DNA of 29,131 nt from a virus (Duplodnaviria; Caudoviricetes), in the IMG/VR virus record IMGVR_UViG_3300011339_000662, positions 1-29,131 of that record; one strand, given 5' to 3'. Shown here piece by piece: positions 15,401-21,289 of the stretch. The notes beneath the pieces were generated by a model. It made no database searches, was not told the DNA's origin, and was given only the letters and a program-made list of their open reading frames with translations. The position numbers were made by a program, and so were the translations under genes. Position 1 is the stretch's first letter, and each line of letters begins with the position of its first letter.

Positions 15401-16275
15401 GGAGCCGCTGCCGTACTCTTTGTGAACGATCCTACCCACGCATCCGGCACCTGAAGACATAAGCTGACGGCTTGGAATGCGCCGCTAGGACTTGTCGGAA
15501 AGTTCAGCGTAAAGCCGCCGCCGTCGAAACTTTTGAACGTGCCCCGCAGCGTGTCCGCGCCGATGCCAGAAAGCCCGAGAACGCAGCCCTTCGAAGCTGA
15601 CGCACCGCTTGGACTGGAAAACTTTGAAAACGCTGCCGCCGTGCCCACGTTGTCAGATGAGAACAGCGATTGGAACCATTGCCCGGGTTCGGTTGCTCCT
15701 ACGCTGTCCGTGGCGTTTGGACCCATGCACCCAAACCCAAACGCCGCGCCGGTAGCGCCTGCCGGTAGCGCTGCTGTGACGGCCCCCGCGTGAAGGTGAA
15801 ACACGAGGTTCGGTTCCCACGTCAGCCCGGTCACTACCGCATCACCAGACGTCGGCATGTTCCAGTTTATCGTCTGCGATAGTGGCGCCTCCGTAGCCGT
15901 AAACGCGATGTAGTTCACCACGTAGCCGGTGGCCGCTGTGTTGGTAGTCCAGTCTACGGTGAACCCGTCAGCGTCAATTGTCAGGTGCCCCAGCGATTCC
16001 ACGGCCCCCGAGTTAGTGACAAAGTTCAGCGCCTCGTCTGCAAAGTACCGAGCCGTGTTGCTGGTGCCAGCCGCGTCCTGAATCGCCGCGCATACCGAGT
16101 ACCCTCCGCCAAACGGTGACCACACCCCGGCCATCTGTTTGACGCCAGCCTCCCACGTTGCCGAGGATGTGTTGCCGGCGCTGAAAAAGATTATGCACGA
16201 CGCCTGAAACCCCAGCCCGGTGATGGCCTGAGTTGTGACCGTGCTTGATTTGGTAAACGATCCTGAGTAAGCCAT
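12436..16275 (-). CDS. Large multidomain tail tip/hub-fibre protein (1279 aa)
   Basis: Directly downstream of the tape measure; hub-like core (LVFVGTI..., WYVDP...LEFH, FRNRQII); N-terminal beta repeats; C-terminal VTSV...GSPVT...PTFRSLVAADI repeats. Start placed at ATG 16275. Confidence 0.85.
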   Translation of the reverse strand: MAYSGSFTKSSTVTTQAITGLGFQASCIIFFSAGNTSSATWEAGVKQMAGVWSPFGGGYSVCAAIQDAAGTSNTARYFADEALNFVTNSGAVESLGHLTIDADGFTVDWTTNTAATGYVVNYIAFTATEAPLSQTINWNMPTSGDAVVTGLTWEPNLVFHLHAGAVTAALPAGATGAAFGFGCMGPNATDSVGATEPGQWFQSLFSSDNVGTAAAFSKFSSPSGASASKGCVLGLSGIGADTLRGTFKSFDGGGFTLNFPTSPSGAFQAVSLCLQVPDAWVGSFTKSTAAAPVTQTVKSGLAFNPGLALYATTSKTSGGGTGGLRASIAARDTATSSVSTAVQDENGAGTSNAHSYSSDYLQIANNDTQTITAVGVPSFPGSGALSVNWTTNDANGTVIGFVTLASVSVPPVPGTAWLVINEPIGGLTDQTTRLDFSGTGSDFQLMMRQRGTATVPMRVAAGDPYSPTMGSQLFIYDVGPTATTLVFVGTIDRIEESWDGVAGYRKYVCSVVSLEQCLDAILVPPQAFINVTAGSIVTSLFNALMTGSPITLGTISGGSTIPSLVISDYTPLSEIISNLATSSQFVWYVDPATQQLEFHVPSLTSSPFSLVTEDINWDSMKWEQNRQDFRNRQIIQLSANAFANSSELFAPNTTDTFTLRELPNQIVAAWVTKNTQNTAVGTFSGLPAAGDTVTISYPAGGSTYNWAALAPYTVGQIIIDPAGHVQRVTTAGTSGGAQPTWNATGSTTVDGTVIWTDQGISGGGDFADTVYTFVTDLDNREWGEVLIGATAAACATNLVYALNATEAQRGLTYSMPTWENPLLNADTPAAGVFTVRNKSAGAGYIAALAEAATNFVWSAALTSGGSTVIGTETLQVAVEGTSNTANLYYTPGSASVELASVPGGPSLPITAPWSLQVEYNRLGGDCIVVEDTALVQARAAIEDGTGKYQQKISDTNNTSAPTGLLAAQQALEAYSTLPVSFSFDTYFPGLTPGQYLTINMSDKPVGIAALVNGDYVIQEVQGKLIEVDIYLDQAGMPTGANAGHYLYTVTVINVGVIGSYLDFWAGMGGGSGGSSSGAVVAGASPAGVATATVTSVALTAPTQFAVTGSPVTTAGTLAIAWNTQTANTVLAGPAAGVAAVPTFRSLVAADIGFSFVTSVGITLSGLSALFTVSGSPVTSAGSITLSQASSFANTIYAGPASGASSGATFRALVAADIPNISATYLTVANNLSDVPNAGAARANLGLDSMAQQAVGGSDSFDPATKTLLVFTNGVFQYAS

Positions 16276-16279
16276 AGGG

Positions 16280-18343
16280 TTAGCTGGAAGCCGGTGAGTA
16301 CTTCGGGTTTGTGCTCTTGAGATACGCAGGAAGCTGCCGCGCCACTTCCCGCACGAACTCACGCGGGTTGGTCATGCCGTGAGCGTGGAAGTTCATGGAG
16401 CCTACCGAGTTGGAAGCAATCGCCGCCATCATCGGCAGCATCAGTCCCGCGCCGCCCGCCAGTTGATGATTCGGCACAATTTTACCGGCCTGGTCCGGAA
16501 TGAACATTTCAGGCCCGCGTTCGCCGACAATAGACGGAACCCCGAGCGGAGGCCTGCCACCATCCGCAAACGGAATAATAGCGTCCACCACCGTCGCAGC
16601 CGTGAGCGCCAAAACCGCGCCGGTGAGTGCTGCGTTCGAAGCAACCAGTATCCCGTTAGAAACCGTTAGGACACCCTGCCCGACCGTGTTAGCTACTACC
16701 GCCGCCGTGTTGGCAATCTGTGTTGCCGCTGCTGTACCAAACACAAACTTGAGCAGCGTGTTTGCCAGCGTGTTGATCCCGAGACTAACCACCATGCGCT
16801 GAATCGCGGCCTGAAACACCGTGCCTAGAATCTGGTGGCCGATGCCCTGCAATGCCCCCCGGATCTCCTGCCCAATGCCTTTACCGGGATTGCCTCCCAT
16901 AATTCCACCAGCCAGAGCACCGCCAAGTTGACCGGGAATCTGGCCGCCGATGCCACGCAGGTCGTGCAGCATCGGCGCGATACCAGCCGCCTTCTGGTGC
17001 ATCCGGTCCATCTGAGCCTGAAGCGCATCCAGAGCCTGAAGCTCTGCCGATACGCTCTGACCCTGCGCCGCCTTTAGGTCAATCTGTTGCTGAAGAATCT
17101 GTTCACGCATCCGCAGTTGCGTGCCGAGCGGAACGTTCATCTGCTCTGACATGTTCAGCAGCCGCTGGTCTTCAGCGATCTGCGCTTGTCGCATCTGTGC
17201 GGTCTGGATACCCGCGTCTTTGAGTTCCAGCGCCCCCGCCAGTGGCCCCGCTATCCGGCTGGTAACCGGAACATCAATCTTTGACTGCGTAACACGCTGG
17301 TCTTTCGCGTCGATGTTGATTTTCTTCCAGCGCTGCTGCTGTTCAGCCATTGCGTCGTTAAAGTGTTTTTTGGCCGCAATCTCCTTGTCGCCAGCCGCTT
17401 CAGCCGCTTTTAATTGGCTTTCATACTCACGCTGCCGTTGCTCTCGAATAGCAAAATCTGATTCGGCACGCCGCTCGGCTTTAGATTGCTCTTTATCTCT
17501 GGCGGTATCAATCTTGTCAGACTGCGCCTGCAACGATGCAACCGAAAGATCTGATTGTTGTTCCTCGACCTGCCGCAGTTGGTTCTGAAATTCCACCAGC
17601 TTTTGCGTTTGGGTCGTTACATCAATCTTTGCGCCTTTTGTAAACCTTTTTCCCAAGGTATCCATCCCCGGAATAAAGTTGCCTGCCACAGCCATGGTTC
17701 CAGCGCCAGCAGCACCGGCAGCAGCCGTGCGAGCTATTTCGTCTTTAGTAGATTGTATCTGCGACTGGAGAAGCCTCTTTTGTGATTCCAGTTGCGCTGC
17801 TTCGTCAGCCTGCCCTCCAGCCTTTCCCACAGCGCCCGCAAAACGAACGTTGGCCATCTTCGCAAGTTCTTCACGAATTTTGACTATCGTTTTTCCAAAC
17901 TCTTCCGCCCCCTCCTTTGCCCGTTTTTCCGCTGAGATTACCGGGTCCCATTCGTTAGCGATATCGCGAACGCCTTCGGCAACCCTGCCTAGCCCTGCTG
18001 CAAACGCCACAGCCCCAAACACAGGAAACGCCGCTATCATCGCTTGGCCAAGGCCTGGGATAAGTCCAATAAACCGTTCCGCCGCAACGCCCATGCCGGG
18101 AATTGCGCCTACAAACGACTGAACTTTCTTTCCTGCCTTTTCAGCAGCTTCCCCGGTTTGAGTAATACCAGACGCAACCTGTTTAATTGTTGCAGTCGTA
18201 TTGTTCATGCTGCCAGCAGATTTATTAAACGTCTGCGCAATCTTGCCGCCAGCGTTTGCCGCCGCCACTTCCGCCGCTTTCAGGTCGGCCTGAAGTTTAG
18301 TTGAGTCGCCTTCAATCTTTACGCGGACGCTTCCGAGATCCAT
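16280..18343 (-). CDS. Tail tape measure protein (687 aa)
   Basis: DLGSVRVKIEGDSTKL N-terminus, Ala/Gln-rich helices, C-terminal FADGG...IVGERGPEMFIP...GKIVPNHQL; follows the tail chaperones. Confidence 0.92.
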   Translation of the reverse strand: MDLGSVRVKIEGDSTKLQADLKAAEVAAANAGGKIAQTFNKSAGSMNNTTATIKQVASGITQTGEAAEKAGKKVQSFVGAIPGMGVAAERFIGLIPGLGQAMIAAFPVFGAVAFAAGLGRVAEGVRDIANEWDPVISAEKRAKEGAEEFGKTIVKIREELAKMANVRFAGAVGKAGGQADEAAQLESQKRLLQSQIQSTKDEIARTAAAGAAGAGTMAVAGNFIPGMDTLGKRFTKGAKIDVTTQTQKLVEFQNQLRQVEEQQSDLSVASLQAQSDKIDTARDKEQSKAERRAESDFAIREQRQREYESQLKAAEAAGDKEIAAKKHFNDAMAEQQQRWKKINIDAKDQRVTQSKIDVPVTSRIAGPLAGALELKDAGIQTAQMRQAQIAEDQRLLNMSEQMNVPLGTQLRMREQILQQQIDLKAAQGQSVSAELQALDALQAQMDRMHQKAAGIAPMLHDLRGIGGQIPGQLGGALAGGIMGGNPGKGIGQEIRGALQGIGHQILGTVFQAAIQRMVVSLGINTLANTLLKFVFGTAAATQIANTAAVVANTVGQGVLTVSNGILVASNAALTGAVLALTAATVVDAIIPFADGGRPPLGVPSIVGERGPEMFIPDQAGKIVPNHQLAGGAGLMLPMMAAIASNSVGSMNFHAHGMTNPREFVREVARQLPAYLKSTNPKYSPASS

Positions 18344-18777
18344 TAGTTCACCACCGCATTCTTTCGAGTCGCCCAGTCGGGCAGGTCTTCAACTTCGCCG
18401 GCCATCTGCTTGTCCGGCCTGAGAGCCATCCACTTATCCGCCAGAGCCTTTGATTTGCGTTCGGCCCGATTGCCCTTGCCGAGCAGATCTTCTGGTGTCC
18501 AAGGTGTCCCGTCGCTGTCAAAGTGCGCGTTGTACAGGGTCGCTTGGATCGAAGCGTGCAGGTAGTTCTGGCGTTCGATCTGATCCAACCATACCTGCCG
18601 CAATGCGGAAAACTCCCGAGGCGTCAGGCTCCACAGAGTCGCCTCTGTCAAACCTAAACCGTCTCGGGAGATCCCGAACGCCCACACTGTCAGCCAGTCT
18701 TCTTCGTTTAGGCCAGCGCGGTCGCTTCCGCCGGAATCGCCTGCACTGAGATTTCCGCGTCCGGCACTGCTTTTTTT
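18343..18777 (-). CDS. Tail assembly chaperone frameshift extension (gpGT-like T segment)
   Basis: -1 frame is open from the slippery site to TAA at 18343; LGLTEATLWSLTPREF motif typical of T segments; no good independent RBS. Confidence 0.75.
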   Translation of the reverse strand, partial: KKSSAGRGNLSAGDSGGSDRAGLNEEDWLTVWAFGISRDGLGLTEATLWSLTPREFSALRQVWLDQIERQNYLHASIQATLYNAHFDSDGTPWTPEDLLGKGNRAERKSKALADKWMALRPDKQMAGEVEDLPDWATRKNAVVN

Positions 18778-19061
18778 ACTGCTTCGATAAGCGCTTCAGT
18801 AACCAGAGGCTCGTCCGATGGCTCCATGATGTCTGCAAAGTCCAGAGCACGCTGGAAACCTTCGGAGCGCCACTTGCCCGTGATCGGGTCGAAGCTGCCG
18901 GCCGCCGCTGCTGCAAGTTCCAGCACTGACGCTGTGGCCACGTTCTTGCCCCATTGCGCCAGTTGGACGTGTGCACTCTAGGAGAGCCGACACGTAAGCA
19001 TCTGACCGCCAGCCAGCGTGACTGACGGCCATTTGATCGGTTGAACCGTTTGCAGTGTCAT
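18708..19061 (-). CDS. Tail assembly chaperone (gpG-like) interrupted by an in-frame TAG at codon 28
   Basis: ATG 19061 lies 6 nt after the tail tube stop and reads MTLQTVQPIKWPSVTLAGGQMLTCRLS*SAHVQLAQWGKNVATASVLEL..., in frame with the listed 18708..18941 ORF; TAG at 18980-18978. Confidence 0.75.
18771..18777 (-). other. Programmed -1 ribosomal frameshift site A AAA AAA
   Basis: GTA AAA AAA GCA in the G frame; a -1 shift reads KKSSAGRGNLSAGDSGGSDRAGLNEEDWLTVWAFG with no stop. Confidence 0.75.
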
Positions 19062-19067
19062 GGCAGA

Positions 19068-19538
19068 TTACTGGAGAGTCGGTGCGCCGTTGTTGCTCAG
19101 TTCGATATCGGCGGTAAACACGTCGCCCACTTTACCCGTCTCGTTGAATCCGGTCACGTAAGCCGCAAAGTAATCGGTGGACGCGACGGCCTGATCGGGA
19201 TAGATGGCCTTGAAGTTGACCAGCGTCTGATTGATCATCAGCAGCCGCAAGCCGCGAATCACGCCGGATGTAGAGTTTTGGTGGGTTGCTTCCTTCGGCA
19301 TGTAGAAGATCTTGAACTTAATCGTTCCCATGTCAAGCAGCGTGGAAATGCGCCGCCGCCAAAGGTCGCCCGCGTTGGTAACGTCAGCGGTTTCGGCCTT
19401 CAGTGGCATCGTAAAATCGGACACGTTGCAAATTGTCGTGAAGGTTTCCGGGCTGGAGCCGTTGCCGGCTTGAAGCTGAAACCCTGTAAATGAAAGACCG
19501 GCCCCGACGCCGGATGTCTGTGAAGCTGGTGCAGGCAT
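19068..19538 (-). CDS. Major tail (tube) protein (156 aa)
   Basis: GNGSSPETFTTI...ETADVTN...ISTLLDMGTIKF...FAAYVTGF...GAPTL pattern of siphovirus tube proteins; AGGAG upstream. Confidence 0.9.
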   Translation of the reverse strand: MPAPASQTSGVGAGLSFTGFQLQAGNGSSPETFTTICNVSDFTMPLKAETADVTNAGDLWRRRISTLLDMGTIKFKIFYMPKEATHQNSTSGVIRGLRLLMINQTLVNFKAIYPDQAVASTDYFAAYVTGFNETGKVGDVFTADIELSNNGAPTLQ

Positions 19539-19550
19539 GTTCGTTTTCTC

Positions 19551-19973
19551 CTATGCGTCCGCGTTGATGTAAAGCCTCACGTCCACGAGACGCATAAACG
19601 TGAGAGGGTCTGTTTGAGCGATTCCCATATCCATGTCGTTAGATATGAGGTTCGGATAGGTTGCAAGGCCTGGAATACCCGGCCCGTCGAAAGTGTTGAG
19701 GAATGCTGTCAGAGCTCTGGCCACGGTGTTTGCATTCTCCGAGTCGTTGCCGCTGCCGTAGATTCGGAACTGGCACCGAACCCAGCCGGTAGGCATCTTT
19801 CCGGACGCCACGTAATCGCCCGGGTCTGCAATCATTTCCACCACTACAGCCGGGAATGTCCGGCCCTGAGGTAGCCGCTGGTCAAACCATCGGAACGGTG
19901 ACGAACCGAGCAACGCCACCAGCCCCGCGTCAACGCTGGCTGCACTGTACAAACGTGCTTTCAGGCTGCTCAT
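19551..19973 (-). CDS. Tail terminator / tail completion protein (DUF3168-like, 140 aa)
   Basis: LVALLG...RLPQGRTFPAVV...CQFRIYG; position just upstream of the tail tube gene. Confidence 0.8.
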   Translation of the reverse strand: MSSLKARLYSAASVDAGLVALLGSSPFRWFDQRLPQGRTFPAVVVEMIADPGDYVASGKMPTGWVRCQFRIYGSGNDSENANTVARALTAFLNTFDGPGIPGLATYPNLISNDMDMGIAQTDPLTFMRLVDVRLYINADA

Positions 19974-20140
19974 GGTAGAACGTTTCTCCACAACCAGACC
20001 ACCAGATCATTCCATCGCCCGATCAATCCCGCGCCCCGTGGCAGGCTCCAGTGAACCCATCCAGATTGCCGAATAGACAGCATCGGCGTTATGTCTGTTG
20101 AGATCAATCCTGCTCTTGAAACTTTGATTCGATTTATCAT
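19970..20140 (-). CDS. Small Trp-rich ORF (56 aa) absent from the ORF track
   Basis: MINRIKVSRAGLISTDITPMLSIRQSGWVHWSLPRGAGLIGRWNDLVVWLWRNVLP; ATGA overlaps at both ends fill the gap exactly. Confidence 0.55.
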   Translation of the reverse strand: MINRIKVSRAGLISTDITPMLSIRQSGWVHWSLPRGAGLIGRWNDLVVWLWRNVLP

Positions 20141-20544
20141 GGAGTGGCCACCGTGACCCGCTGGAGCTTCAGTCGCGTCTGTGTATGCTGGCTGTCAGAT
20201 TCCGCGCCCAGCAGGTCGTAGCGCGTGCCGTCAACGTCTACCTGCCAGCCCAGCCCGGCCGCCGCGTTACTTGCCAATGGATACCAGCCGGTCAGCAGCA
20301 CATGCCGAAAGCGTTCCGCCAGCACATCCGGTACAGACTTCCGCTCCGTCGCACTGAACCCGTCTGGTGCGTCCATACAGGCGATGTTGACCATGCCGGA
20401 CACCGCGGCAAACGTGCCGATGAAGTTGCCCGTTACGCCCTGCGTTTGCACCGGAGCATAGAAGGTCGCCAGCGAGATAAACAGGCCCGTCTGAATTGCC
20501 AGCGGCATGATTGCGGAAAGCGCGTAACTGAAGCCTTGCTGCAT
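20137..20544 (-). CDS. Head closure / stopper protein (135 aa)
   Basis: TAATG overlap; C-terminal VDVDGTRYDLLGAESDSQHTQTRLKL typical of head-closure proteins; synteny. Confidence 0.75.
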   Translation of the reverse strand: MQQGFSYALSAIMPLAIQTGLFISLATFYAPVQTQGVTGNFIGTFAAVSGMVNIACMDAPDGFSATERKSVPDVLAERFRHVLLTGWYPLASNAAAGLGWQVDVDGTRYDLLGAESDSQHTQTRLKLQRVTVATP

Positions 20545-20990
20545 TACAGATACGCCTGCCTCTGCGCTTGATTCCACCAGCGCTGCCGGTACGCGAACGA
20601 GGTGGAGCACTGCTCGATAATCATGAACGCCCCGGACTCGTCGTCTGTTGTCCGGTACTGCGCCGCTTGCTCCCGCAGCATCTTTGCGCCTTCCGCGGGT
20701 TTCATTTCGACGTCAAGGATACGGGTAAACATGGCAAGTTTGGACGAGTTTGCCGCCATCGCATCCAGCAGAAGAGCCGCGACGCGCAGGTATGACACTG
20801 CAGACGCCGGCACGTTTGCGCCCGCCGGTGGCGAGTAGAACTGAGCGCTCTGGAACGTTCCGCCCTGAATCGTAAACGCCGCGCTGACTTCAGCATCCGC
20901 GAACACAAAGTTCTGGCTGTCAGTGTCGGAGATCAACAGTCGCACGTAACTGATAGCGGGTTCGGTGTCGAAGTCGTAGGTGAAAGCCAT
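20544..20990 (-). CDS. Head-to-tail adaptor protein (148 aa)
   Basis: MAFTYD...VRLLISDTD...FADAEV motif of adaptor proteins; synteny. Confidence 0.8.
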   Translation of the reverse strand: MAFTYDFDTEPAISYVRLLISDTDSQNFVFADAEVSAAFTIQGGTFQSAQFYSPPAGANVPASAVSYLRVAALLLDAMAANSSKLAMFTRILDVEMKPAEGAKMLREQAAQYRTTDDESGAFMIIEQCSTSFAYRQRWWNQAQRQAYL

Positions 20991-20992
20991 AA

Positions 20993-21277
20993 CTATTTCG
21001 TCACTTTGACCACAACAGTACCGGCTGCCGATTCTGCCGCCGCGAGGTTAGCCGATACCCTTGCTGCCTCTGCCTCTGCCACCGCAGCTGAGTAACGTTG
21101 CACCAACGGCGTTGCCAGAGAGTCGCGGAAATGCTTGATCAGCAGTTCATGGATGCTTGCATACCGTGGCTTTCCGTCGTCATTCTGTTCTGCCATGAAA
21201 CTTTTCATTGCCGCAACGGCGTCATCAGATACGGTGGCTTCTACGGTCGTGTTGTCAGCTTCGATGGTGATTTTCAT
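20993..21277 (-). CDS. Hypothetical protein downstream of the fibre (94 aa)
   Basis: Fills the gap between the fibre and adaptor genes with short spacers. Confidence 0.7.
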   Translation of the reverse strand: MKITIEADNTTVEATVSDDAVAAMKSFMAEQNDDGKPRYASIHELLIKHFRDSLATPLVQRYSAAVAEAEAARVSANLAAAESAAGTVVVKVTK

Positions 21278-21289
21278 AATGTCTTTGTC

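Noticed and set aside
16276-16362. Longest-ORF starts in the track (e.g. 16362, 5454, 5852, 4006, 8853, 10948, 20610, 27329, 29011)
   Set aside because: They overlap upstream genes extensively; downstream starts at stop/start overlaps or with an SD fit better.
20021-20110. GATCAATCC repeated at 20021, 20102 and 8349
   Set aside because: Only 9 bp; two copies simply encode GLI in the 56-aa ORF, and the flanking context is not shared.
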